In this document: piece after piece, positions 49,378-58,492 of the stretch | How positions within the stretch are numbered: position 1 is the stretch's first letter | Layout of the letters: each line of letters opens with the position of its first letter | Notes under the pieces: model-generated | Database searches by the model: none | What the model saw: the letters and a program-made list of their open reading frames with translations, nothing else | Told to the model about the DNA's origin: nothing | Program-made: the position numbers and the translations under genes | IMG/VR virus record: IMGVR_UViG_3300023707_000001 | Reading direction: 5' to 3' (one strand) | Length of the DNA stretch: 64,000 nt | Source of the DNA: a virus | Lineage: Duplodnaviria; Heunggongvirae; Uroviricota; Caudoviricetes

Positions 49378-50499
49378 ATGCTAAAGATAAGACACTACGT
49401 AGGAACCATATTTGTAATGCTTGGGAGCAGCTGCAACCTAAACTGCAAATACTGCATGCAGCACGCTTTAATAGAAACGCCGGTGCCAGCAAGAAACCTG
49501 GATGCAGGTATCATTGATTTTATCGCCGCCCACGCGGCAGAGTCGGACAAACCGCTTGATGTACGTTTCTATGGCGGAGAGCCACTTATATATATGGACG
49601 ATATCCGACAGATTGTCCACCTGCTTAAGGAAAAGCAGGCCAACGTAAGATTCTCCATCATATCCAATGGCAAGCTCTTAACAGAAGAAATCGTGCAGTT
49701 TTTCAATGCACATAATTTTGAAGTCGCAATAAGCTGGGATGGGGACAACGTAAGTGATACAAGAAGGTATGATGTCGTAAAAGAACATCGCGCTGAGCTG
49801 CTGCAGATAGACAACCTTAGTATTGACGGCGTCCTTACCTCATATAACTATATATATGATTTCCTACAGGCAAACGTATCCTTGCAGGACGAATACAAAA
49901 AACTCCATGGATACACATACAAAGTTTTTACCGATGAAATCATGGATTGCGATAACTCAAGCCGGGAGCTTACAAATGTAGACCTCAAAAGGGTGTACGA
50001 GCAAAGCGAAGCGGTAGTAAAGAAAGCTCTAAGTGATGAGGTAGAGCACAGCACGCTGAGCAGAATGTGTTTTGAAATCTTTTACCGGGCTGTATTTAGA
50101 AGCATGATTTCTGAAAAGTCATGCCTGAGTAAGGATTATTGCGCCTGCAGCAATGCAGTTTGTACGATTAACCTGGACCTGGATGGCAACCTGTACCAGT
50201 GTCACAATAACTGGAAAAAGGTTGGCAATATATTCCTGGATAACTATGAAACATACATGGCCCATGCAGTTATCAACGAGAACATATCCAGACATAACCA
50301 TGAAAACCACTGCAAGGATTGCGAAGCATCCCTTATGTGCTCAACAGGTTGTCCGCTCATCGGGCAGCCCATGCGTGAAAAAACGGGGTACTGCGAAATG
50401 AAAAAGGCATCTTTTCTTCCTTTTATCAAAGAGATACGGAAGATGCAGGAGCGGCCAGAGGAATTTTCAATACTACAAAGCAAGGATATGACGGAATGA
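49378..50499 (+). CDS. Radical SAM protein 4 (full SPASM, anSME/peptide-maturase-like)
   Basis: CNLNCKYC, FYGGEPL, ISNG, ISWDG, DLDGNLYQC, CKDC.....C.TGCP, YC. Confidence 0.92.
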   Translation: MLKIRHYVGTIFVMLGSSCNLNCKYCMQHALIETPVPARNLDAGIIDFIAAHAAESDKPLDVRFYGGEPLIYMDDIRQIVHLLKEKQANVRFSIISNGKLLTEEIVQFFNAHNFEVAISWDGDNVSDTRRYDVVKEHRAELLQIDNLSIDGVLTSYNYIYDFLQANVSLQDEYKKLHGYTYKVFTDEIMDCDNSSRELTNVDLKRVYEQSEAVVKKALSDEVEHSTLSRMCFEIFYRAVFRSMISEKSCLSKDYCACSNAVCTINLDLDGNLYQCHNNWKKVGNIFLDNYETYMAHAVINENISRHNHENHCKDCEASLMCSTGCPLIGQPMREKTGYCEMKKASFLPFIKEIRKMQERPEEFSILQSKDMTE

Positions 50500-51653
50500 A
50501 AACAGCTTTCTTTAAAAACACAGACACGACCACTATCTATATACAGCTCGGCAACGCTTGTAACCTTCGGTGCAAGTATTGCTACCACAATAATGACGAC
50601 CAGAATTATTACCCGCCGCCAAAAATCAATGACGATATTTTCAGCTTCATTGAGGAATGCTGCGCCCGTCAGAAGAGTAAGGTAAAACTCCGCTTCTTCG
50701 GCGGAGAACCGCTTATGTACGTCAAAGAAATCAAATACATTGTAGAGCACCTGACGCATATTCCAAACCTGGAAAATACATTGATAACAAATGGCTCCCT
50801 GATAACAAGGGAGCTTGCCGACTATTTTAATGAGCATAATTTTAGCATTACGGTAAGCTGGGATGGACATCGTTTCTCTAAAAAATATCGTGGATATGAT
50901 GCCCTTGAGGAGAATCGGGATAATATTTTTCGGATAAAGAAACTAAATATACTAACATCCATCGTAGAGCTTACCAAAATAAAAGAGATTATTGCTGACG
51001 TCGAAAAAGAGGTAAACATCTATTATGCCAGACAGAAACGTGCATTTGGTATGTCCTGGACGCTAATTGACGACCTCGGTACACAGAGCGAATTTGTCGA
51101 CAAACACAGTAAAGAGGAAATTTCTGCAGAGTTTAGATGGTTTGCAAACAGGATAAAAGAAGGGCTTTTCCTTCCGCCGAACAAGAAACAGCCCATCGAT
51201 ACAGTGTTGGAATCTTTATTCTATGCTGACTTACAGGGCGCGACATCTACCATATATCGCAGTCAGAGCATTATGCGTGGCAGCGACAATCCTACAACAT
51301 TCTCCCTTGACCTTGAGGGGAACCTGTACGAAATGCATAGATTTCCGGAAGTATCCAAGTATTCAAAAAAAGTTTGCACAATCTATGATAATTACTTTGT
51401 ATATCTGCAGCGGATATTAGGTAATATAGACTTCAGAGAGCAAATGAAACGCAACAGTTGTAAGATGTGCAGTTGTTACGGTTTATGTAAAGCTCCCGGC
51501 CCAAAACTTGATGTAGCGGCTGAAAATGAAAACTGTAAAAACAGACAGGCTACTTTTAGACCGATTATCGAAATGATTGAAGAGTTATGCGGTAAACCAC
51601 TTAAAGAAGCTCTTATGGAATGGTTTTATACAGGAGATTACAAAGAACGTTAA
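50496..51653 (+). CDS. Radical SAM protein 5 (SPASM-like, paralog of protein 4)
   Basis: CNLRCKYC, FFGGEPL, ITNG, VSWDG, DLEGNLYEM, CKMCSCYGLC. Confidence 0.9.
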   Translation: MKTAFFKNTDTTTIYIQLGNACNLRCKYCYHNNDDQNYYPPPKINDDIFSFIEECCARQKSKVKLRFFGGEPLMYVKEIKYIVEHLTHIPNLENTLITNGSLITRELADYFNEHNFSITVSWDGHRFSKKYRGYDALEENRDNIFRIKKLNILTSIVELTKIKEIIADVEKEVNIYYARQKRAFGMSWTLIDDLGTQSEFVDKHSKEEISAEFRWFANRIKEGLFLPPNKKQPIDTVLESLFYADLQGATSTIYRSQSIMRGSDNPTTFSLDLEGNLYEMHRFPEVSKYSKKVCTIYDNYFVYLQRILGNIDFREQMKRNSCKMCSCYGLCKAPGPKLDVAAENENCKNRQATFRPIIEMIEELCGKPLKEALMEWFYTGDYKER

Positions 51654-51669
51654 AAGGATGTAAATAAAA

Positions 51670-52902
51670 ATGACTCCAATAAAGATAAGTTATCGGGATT
51701 TGTCACCAGAGCTTAAAAGGATGCTTGCGGGGCAGGGAATCCCCGATGAAGCATTAAAAGCCCTCTTGCAGGATTATCGCAAGAAGGATGAAAACATCAG
51801 AGAAAATGATATTGAACTCAAATATCGTGACCGCATTGACGGACGGTTCGATGAAGTAAATGATAAAATCGACAAACACATCCTGGATTACGAGGAGCTG
51901 CCACTCGATGTTCTGACGCCAGAGCTAAAAACGCGGCTGGAATCGTTGGAGAAGGCCGCCAAATATGAGGACGATAATATAAAATCCCTTCAGGGTGTTT
52001 TGGATAAACTGGAAGAAAAAATCCGTTCACTGCAAACTATCCAGGAAAACATTATCAACAGTGGCGGTGGGGGTGGAACGTCCGCCGATGAAGTCAGTGG
52101 CTCCATTGTATTGCTGGATGAATCCATTAAAGACATCAAAAAAAGGATTGAAGACCTCAAGGAAACGCTGCTCACAAAACGGGATACAAATGTCCCCATT
52201 ACAAGGTCGGATCTGGATGACACGATTGCCAGCATGTTGAACACCCTTGACGAGAACAATCAAAGGATTGAAGAAAAAATCCAGCAAATTGACAAGATTG
52301 TGGAGCAGATTAATGGCTCTGAGCCGGGGAACTTTATCGGTGTTGATGACGAAGGCGCTATAAGCACAAAGGAGCTTAGCATGACGCTTCCGATTGCATA
52401 TACAATGAATGACCTTAACAGCTATTCAAACGACGCTACTGCAAATAATGTGCTTGTGTATTCAGAAGGGCAGATGTTTAAGAAGCTGAAAGACGGTGAA
52501 ACGCCGGCCGCCGAAACATTAGAAAAATATCCGAATATCCCAAAAGGATGGGATATAGACAAGGAATATTTTTTAAACAACCAGACTGAGCTTAATACGA
52601 TTATCTACGACCGCAAGAAAAAGCATGCGGTAGGAATCACGAGAAGTGATGGCGTAATCCGCTTTGTGCTGGACTATAAGACAGGCTTTTCCATTACACT
52701 GGATGTCGATGAAAAGAAGGTTGTTCCAAGAAGCAACACCTCCAGTAGGGAAACACCTATTATATACATCAAGACGGTAGATGAAGATGGCAATGAAGCA
52801 TACCTGGATTCTGATTTTTATGTATCCGTTATTTATGGCGAGTCTTCATATACACTGGAAAACTTCTCCGGCGAAAAGTTGGAGTTACTATTACTGGAGT
52901 AA
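51670..52902 (+). CDS. Coiled-coil, putatively structural protein
   Basis: 410 aa with a heptad-rich N-terminal half. Confidence 0.6.
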   Translation: MTPIKISYRDLSPELKRMLAGQGIPDEALKALLQDYRKKDENIRENDIELKYRDRIDGRFDEVNDKIDKHILDYEELPLDVLTPELKTRLESLEKAAKYEDDNIKSLQGVLDKLEEKIRSLQTIQENIINSGGGGGTSADEVSGSIVLLDESIKDIKKRIEDLKETLLTKRDTNVPITRSDLDDTIASMLNTLDENNQRIEEKIQQIDKIVEQINGSEPGNFIGVDDEGAISTKELSMTLPIAYTMNDLNSYSNDATANNVLVYSEGQMFKKLKDGETPAAETLEKYPNIPKGWDIDKEYFLNNQTELNTIIYDRKKKHAVGITRSDGVIRFVLDYKTGFSITLDVDEKKVVPRSNTSSRETPIIYIKTVDEDGNEAYLDSDFYVSVIYGESSYTLENFSGEKLELLLLE

Positions 52903-52907
52903 GAGCA

Positions 52908-53423
52908 ATGGCTTTAATGAAATGGTTGAAAAGAAATGAGAATGGTGAAAGGGAATGGATTTCTCTTTACGCAAATGCCATTATAAATAGGCTTCGGCGG
53001 GACAGGAACTTAAGCGACCTGCAAAACCCCGCCAAGGCCAGAGAAAATCTGCAGCTGACAGAAGAGGTTATCGACCACTGGCACGACAAACACTACCAGC
53101 CGATGTTTGACCAAATCCGCAAAGAAATGGCGCAGCTTGAAATTAAGCTTATGACGGCGATTAAAGATTTGCGCAATGACGTAAAAGCGGTAGATGACAC
53201 CCAGAACAGGGAGATTGAAAACTTAAAAGAGATTATCGAAGGCAAGAGCGTCGGCGTAGTCGCTATGAATTCAGAAGCAGCACTAATAAGGGGTGCAATC
53301 ATCGAATGGGCGGGCGCCCGCGATGCTATTCCGGACGGATGGCATATCTGTGACGGGACAGATGGTACACCAGACCTAAGCAAAGACTTTACGGAAAACG
53401 TATGCAAGATTATGAAACTGTAA
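52908..53423 (+). CDS. Tail-fibre/collar-like protein
   Basis: RNLSDLQNPAKARENL and GAIIEWAG...IPDGWHICDGTDGTPDL. Confidence 0.7.
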   Translation: MALMKWLKRNENGEREWISLYANAIINRLRRDRNLSDLQNPAKARENLQLTEEVIDHWHDKHYQPMFDQIRKEMAQLEIKLMTAIKDLRNDVKAVDDTQNREIENLKEIIEGKSVGVVAMNSEAALIRGAIIEWAGARDAIPDGWHICDGTDGTPDLSKDFTENVCKIMKL

Positions 53424-53427
53424 GGAG

Positions 53428-54189
53428 GTGGAAAGATTGCTACTTACAAAAGCAAAAATCATAAAGGACTTTTCCGACAAAATCTCCTTTTTGCTTACTG
53501 GAAAAACCAAGATAGAACAAAAAGTTGCAGACATGGATGAAGACCTGAGCAAAAAAGCCTCCACAGAATATGTAGATAAAAAAGTTGCAGACCTGGTAAA
53601 CGGAGCGCCTGAACAGCTGGATACACTGCAGGAGCTTTCCAAAGCCCTGAATAACGACACCGATTTTGCAACAACGGTAAATAAGAGCCTTGCTGAAAAG
53701 TTACCCCTTACAGGCGGAAAAATCGACGGTAACCTCGAAGTTAGCGGGGCGATTACAGGAGGCCATATTGTCGCCAATATGCTGCTATGCGCAGATGCAC
53801 GGGGAGACAACAGGACGCCGGAATGGTATATGCATGGCGGTGCTGGCCAAAAAAACGAACTGAAAACCAAAAATATTATCGGTATCGACGGTACAAAAAC
53901 GCTCGTAGAAGTATCCACCTATGTGCCATGGAATACGGCTGACGGTGGCTATCCCATGCAAATTGCCCGTGATTCCGTGGAGGGCAAGGTATATGTAAGA
54001 TACGGCCTGACCTCTGTAACATGGAGCGACTGGAAAACGGTAGCATTTACCTCGGATAAAGCAGCTGCTGCAGTGACAGCAGACACTGCAAAAAGCGTTG
54101 CCTGGGAAAACATAACGGGAAGGCCCAAATACATGAAGGCCGTTAATTGGGACCCTGAAACAGGCGTATTTGAATTAGTGGAGGGCTAA
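53428..54189 (+). CDS. Tail fibre protein
   Basis: LVNGAPEQLDTLQELSKALNND.DFATTV, KLPLTGG, WSDWK. Confidence 0.8.
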   Translation: MERLLLTKAKIIKDFSDKISFLLTGKTKIEQKVADMDEDLSKKASTEYVDKKVADLVNGAPEQLDTLQELSKALNNDTDFATTVNKSLAEKLPLTGGKIDGNLEVSGAITGGHIVANMLLCADARGDNRTPEWYMHGGAGQKNELKTKNIIGIDGTKTLVEVSTYVPWNTADGGYPMQIARDSVEGKVYVRYGLTSVTWSDWKTVAFTSDKAAAAVTADTAKSVAWENITGRPKYMKAVNWDPETGVFELVEG

Positions 54190-54354
54190 CCCGTTGTTCC
54201 TAACTGTGGGTAAACACAAAGCGCAATAACACAGTTACCCGCGAAGTACCTTCGTTCCTACGCCAGTGGCAATCCGTTGAATAGTACATAACCGTAGGTA
54301 ATATGAACTAAGAAGAGGGAATCCTCCCTCAGTATATTCGAAAGGAAGTATATA

Positions 54355-54900
54355 ATGCGAGTATTTTTAAATCCTGGCCATGACCGTGATTACGATTCGG
54401 GCGCCTGCCACTGGAGCGGCACCCGCGAAGCGGATATTGCATGGGAAATTGGCAACAAGGTAGCCGAGTATCTGGAAAACGCAGGCGTTGAGACCATGGT
54501 AATGCAGTCTGATAACCTCTGCGGCTGGGACTGTGACCGTGAGGACCGTCCGGAAGCGGTATGCCCGACTTCCGATGCATGGGGAGCAGACCTTTTTGTT
54601 TCCATCCACTGCAATGCATTTGACCAAGTCGCACAGGGCACGGAAGTAGAGTACTATTCCGAAACGGGCGCCATTGCCGCACAGTTTATCCAGGACCAGA
54701 TTGTTGGTGCTCTTGGTACTGTGGACCGCGGTATTAAGTTCCGGGATGACCTGATAGTATTGAAGCATACGGACGCACCGGCAGTTCTTGTTGAATGCGC
54801 TTTTATTGATAGCGACAAAGACCATGAAAAGCTGGTAAACCGCACGGATGAATTCGCTGCAGCTATCGCACGCGGTATCACCGATTTCCAGAGTGCTTAA
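54355..54900 (+). CDS. N-acetylmuramoyl-L-alanine amidase (Amidase_3) endolysin
   Basis: VFLNPGH, E, FVSIHCNA, PAVLVECAFI. Confidence 0.9.
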   Translation: MRVFLNPGHDRDYDSGACHWSGTREADIAWEIGNKVAEYLENAGVETMVMQSDNLCGWDCDREDRPEAVCPTSDAWGADLFVSIHCNAFDQVAQGTEVEYYSETGAIAAQFIQDQIVGALGTVDRGIKFRDDLIVLKHTDAPAVLVECAFIDSDKDHEKLVNRTDEFAAAIARGITDFQSA

Positions 54901-54913
54901 GTGAGGCGATGAT

Positions 54914-55516
54914 ATGTCAGTATTCGACCTTTCCCGCTGGCAGCCGGCAGACCGTATTGCGGAGCTGGTTGAAGGCGGAAATTGCGACGGCGTCATCTTA
55001 AAGCTCGGTGAACGCAATGATAAAACGGGCGAGATTGAACTTGACCCGATGTTCATTACCCATGTGAACGAGGCAGTTCGTTTTGGCCTGCCCTACGGTA
55101 TCTATATTATGGGCCGTGCAAATAATGAGGCCGAGGCATTGGAAGAAGCCGAATGGGTAAACGACCGTGTTGCAGAGCTCTTAAACGGACAAGAACCGTC
55201 ACTTGGCACATGGTTTGACTTGGAACGGCAGGAAGTAAAACGCGATGACGTTTACGAAGATTACCGCGCCGCTATTATCCAGCTCCGTGAATGGTGGGGC
55301 GGCAGCCGTAAAATCGGTATCTATGCGTCGTTTTCCTATTTTGAAAGATTCCTGTGTATCGGGGATATGGCCGCAAACAGTATTCCGGTATGGAATGCCC
55401 AGTACGGATTTACGGACTCTATGAAAAATGAGTATCCGTATATTAAAACGGTTTTGTGGCAGTTCACGACACACGACGACTATCAGGATGAGAATGTGTG
55501 GTACGGCTGGTATTAA
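54914..55516 (+). CDS. GH25 lysozyme (muramidase)
   Basis: FDLSRWQ, WFDLE, GIYAS, WNAQY, LWQFT. Confidence 0.85.
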   Translation: MSVFDLSRWQPADRIAELVEGGNCDGVILKLGERNDKTGEIELDPMFITHVNEAVRFGLPYGIYIMGRANNEAEALEEAEWVNDRVAELLNGQEPSLGTWFDLERQEVKRDDVYEDYRAAIIQLREWWGGSRKIGIYASFSYFERFLCIGDMAANSIPVWNAQYGFTDSMKNEYPYIKTVLWQFTTHDDYQDENVWYGWY

Positions 55517-55574
55517 GCCGCCCGCAATAATTAAAGCGCCCCACCGGGCGCTTATTTAATAGAAAGGACGAAAA

Positions 55575-56132
55575 ATGGATTTTCTGAAAAAGAACAGCAA
55601 AACCATTATGGCAATCATTATTGTCATATTAATAGCTGCGCTCATAAGGTTATCTTTTTTTAAAAAAATGCCCGAACCTGAAATAGTGACCGTACCTGAT
55701 ATATCACAGCAAAGCCTCCAGACGTATTTCCCTATGGAGACAAAAGCTACGATAAAGGATATGGCACACCAGATTCAGCGGGCAAAAGAAACCCAGGCTC
55801 CCCAGTATCACTATTATACCGTGACACAGCAGGAAGCGGATAATAAAGCAAAGGAATACGGCAAAATCCAGAAAGCGGACAAGATTGTAAAAGAGACGCA
55901 CGAAGTCGAAGTGAAAGATGATAAAGGGGATAAAACCCACGTTATCGAAAACGACTATTATGCAATCAACCTTGAGCGCAAACACAGGATTAAAGCCGGG
56001 GCGGCCATGATTGACCATGACGCCTATATGACAATCGGTTATCAAAACCGAGATGTGGAATATAAAGCATACTATTCGCCGTCCGCTAAAAAAGCAGGGG
56101 CAGGAATAGAAGTTACCATTGCAAAATGGTAA
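55575..56132 (+). CDS. Membrane-anchored lysis accessory (spanin candidate)
   Basis: N-terminal TM; C-terminal alternating beta-strands ending in W; follows the lysins. Confidence 0.5.
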   Translation: MDFLKKNSKTIMAIIIVILIAALIRLSFFKKMPEPEIVTVPDISQQSLQTYFPMETKATIKDMAHQIQRAKETQAPQYHYYTVTQQEADNKAKEYGKIQKADKIVKETHEVEVKDDKGDKTHVIENDYYAINLERKHRIKAGAAMIDHDAYMTIGYQNRDVEYKAYYSPSAKKAGAGIEVTIAKW

Positions 56133-56226
56133 ATAAGGTTTTTGCTTAAATACATACTTGCCATTTTTTCATAAATGATGTAATATGATTAAAAGGGTTA
56201 TTTTACTTATCAGGAGGGATAGGAAA

Positions 56227-56427
56227 ATGGCAAGAAAAGCAAATTATGATGAAAAGATTTCTGCGCTGGAAGCAAAAATCGAAAAGAAGCATGCGGAGCT
56301 GAAAGCGCTGAAAGCTGACCTCGACCAGCTGAAAGCAAAGAAGTCGAAGGAAGATTACAGAGAGCTTACGGAATACATGCAGGCAAACAATCTGTCCGCC
56401 TCCGAAGTTCTCAGTATGATTAAATAA
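56227..56427 (+). CDS. Small coiled-coil protein
   Basis: 66 aa, AGGAGG RBS. Confidence 0.6.
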   Translation: MARKANYDEKISALEAKIEKKHAELKALKADLDQLKAKKSKEDYRELTEYMQANNLSASEVLSMIK

Positions 56428-56446
56428 GCGTTTCCATCCCCATTTA

Positions 56447-56480
56447 AAAAGGTGGCCAGCTAACAAGCCGGCCACCTTTT
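56447..56480. terminator. Bidirectional terminator
   Basis: aaaaggtggcc...ggccacctttt between convergent genes. Confidence 0.8.
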
Positions 56481-56727
56481 ACAGTGCGGAGATATGTTCG
56501 TCGTGTGCTTGCCTTGAAAAAGGGTCAAGAATCCCATACTTTCTCAGAGCTTCCTTGAGGCATGCGTTCTGATAACGCGAAAGGCCGAGCTCTGTTTCCA
56601 ACATATCGATTTTCCTGGCATGTCGGCGGCGCAGTTCATTTAGGCCCACAAGAGCTACAATCCGTAATTGCTCCTCCGACAATCCGATGACAATGCGCGC
56701 GACTCTTTCCTCGAAATCCCTTACCAT
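56479..56727 (-). CDS. Hypothetical protein
   Basis: 82 aa with RBS; divergent from the XRE gene. Confidence 0.55.
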   Translation of the reverse strand: MVRDFEERVARIVIGLSEEQLRIVALVGLNELRRRHARKIDMLETELGLSRYQNACLKEALRKYGILDPFSRQAHDEHISAL

Positions 56728-56881
56728 AAAAATCCCCCTTCCTTTATTGAAATAACTTGCGGAATAGCAAGTCGTGTGCTAAAATAATGACAAACAGCAA
56801 ACTACAACACATTATGTAGTACGCTTCATCAACTTCATAACCTATTGTAGTTGAGTACATAGCAGATGTCAAGGGGGAAAT

Positions 56882-57283
56882 ATGGCCACATTCGCGGAAA
56901 AACTAAAAATGATGCGGCATAAGGCTGGCTGGTCGCAAAGAGAAGTTGCGGAGAAATTAGGAATAACACCGCGTGCGTACGCGGCCTACGAGCTGGAAGG
57001 CAGCAAGCCGAGGGATATTGAAAAGTATTACAAGTTGGCCAACATATTCAATGTTTCCAAAAACTATTTTCTCGATGAACCAGATTTTTTCCAGGTATGC
57101 GCGGAGAAAATCTTCAACGGGCTTACTGCTGCGAGAAAAGAAGAATACTCTCCGGATGAGTTGGCAGATTTTTACGTAGCGGAACTAAAAACGTATATGC
57201 TGGAGGACAAAATCTCACCAGAAAAAAGCGAGAAAATAATTAAAGAGCTTATGACGGCATACTGGTTTGCAAGAGGAGTGTAA
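56882..57283 (+). CDS. XRE-family HTH transcriptional regulator
   Basis: KLKMMR...GWSQREVAEKLGIT..AY..YE....P. Confidence 0.88.
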   Translation: MATFAEKLKMMRHKAGWSQREVAEKLGITPRAYAAYELEGSKPRDIEKYYKLANIFNVSKNYFLDEPDFFQVCAEKIFNGLTAARKEEYSPDELADFYVAELKTYMLEDKISPEKSEKIIKELMTAYWFARGV

Positions 57284-57285
57284 GA

Positions 57286-57744
57286 ATGGAAACGGTAAAT
57301 GAACTCAACAAGCTTCTTCAGGAATTTCGCGTGAATTACATGAAGCTCGTAAAAAAATCCATGACAGACGCTTATAAAGAGTTTCGGTATACAGCGGAAA
57401 AACAGCTCAATGCCGACCTACAAGAACAGCTGTTCAAATCTCGTACGAAGGAGCTTTCGGAATATGAATTATACCAGTTAATCAGCGTCGTTCAGGATTT
57501 TGATGACAAGATGATGTTGAATATGGTAGATATATGGCTGCTTGCACGAAAAGAGAAAGGTAAAAAATCCATCAAATTTCATACGTTTGTCGGTACAGGG
57601 CTTATGGCTGTTGAAGAAGCCAAAAAGATGTTAGGAGGGAGAACCGAGGTAAGAACAGGCCGGGACGAAAAAAAATACGTTATTGACCTTGATACACAGA
57701 ATAAAGTGTATGTACATCCCTACTGGAGCGCATTACTGCAATAA
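57286..57744 (+). CDS. Hypothetical protein
   Basis: 152 aa, immediately after the XRE gene. Confidence 0.6.
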   Translation: METVNELNKLLQEFRVNYMKLVKKSMTDAYKEFRYTAEKQLNADLQEQLFKSRTKELSEYELYQLISVVQDFDDKMMLNMVDIWLLARKEKGKKSIKFHTFVGTGLMAVEEAKKMLGGRTEVRTGRDEKKYVIDLDTQNKVYVHPYWSALLQ

Positions 57745-57953
57745 AACATACGGGTATATATAAATCCCGGCGGATACAACACGCCGGGGTTTTGTGTGCA
57801 GGAATATAGCAGGAAAAAGGAGATTGAACGAGTCAACCACTTTTTCTGTATGTAAGGAAGAAAATGCCGAAATGAAAAGGAGGCGGCATTTTCGAGCTGT
57901 TAAAGCGGGCCGTATTTAAAGTTCCGATAATTTATCATTATCGGAAGTAACCG

Positions 57954-58271
57954 TTACACAACCTCTATAATGCGGCCGGGCTCCACATAACTTTGAGCAA
58001 ACCAGTCGCAGCACAGCTCCTCATCCCCGTTTTCATAATGTTCCTCCCAGTCATCAACAGGGTCATATATCATATCATATGTCTGTATGACGCCTTTTCG
58101 ACCGCGATCTTCGGCGCGGATTGCCTCCGCACACCAAACTTCATTGCCTTCTCCTGAGCCTCCGACGATATGAGAGTCCTCAAGCCAAATATAATTATGG
58201 CCATCATGCTCGATAACGCCGAACAACTTGGTACGTGAAAGTATATCCTCTAAAGACATCTTCTTATTCAT
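57954..58271 (-). CDS. Hypothetical acidic protein
   Basis: 105 aa, AGGAGG RBS. Confidence 0.65.
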   Translation of the reverse strand: MNKKMSLEDILSRTKLFGVIEHDGHNYIWLEDSHIVGGSGEGNEVWCAEAIRAEDRGRKGVIQTYDMIYDPVDDWEEHYENGDEELCCDWFAQSYVEPGRIIEVV

Positions 58272-58492
58272 TTTACAAAACCTCCTTTACTAGAACATTC
58301 TACAACAATTTTTTGAAAAAAGCAAATATTTCCAACTGTGGTTAACGTTAATTACACACAGTTAGATATGAATATAGACTTGTCATATTTACAATTCAAA
58401 ACAATAGAGAATAATTACACCGTAAGCAAAAACAATAGAGATAATATATGTAGAGAAACCCACCACAATAAAATATGAATGGAGAGTATGTT

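Noticed and set aside
46696-51653. rSAMs as QueE (7-deazaguanine DNA modification) or NrdG activase
   Set aside because: No queC/queD/folE/dpdA genes nearby; the SPASM/Twitch-type C-termini and position in the tail region do not fit.
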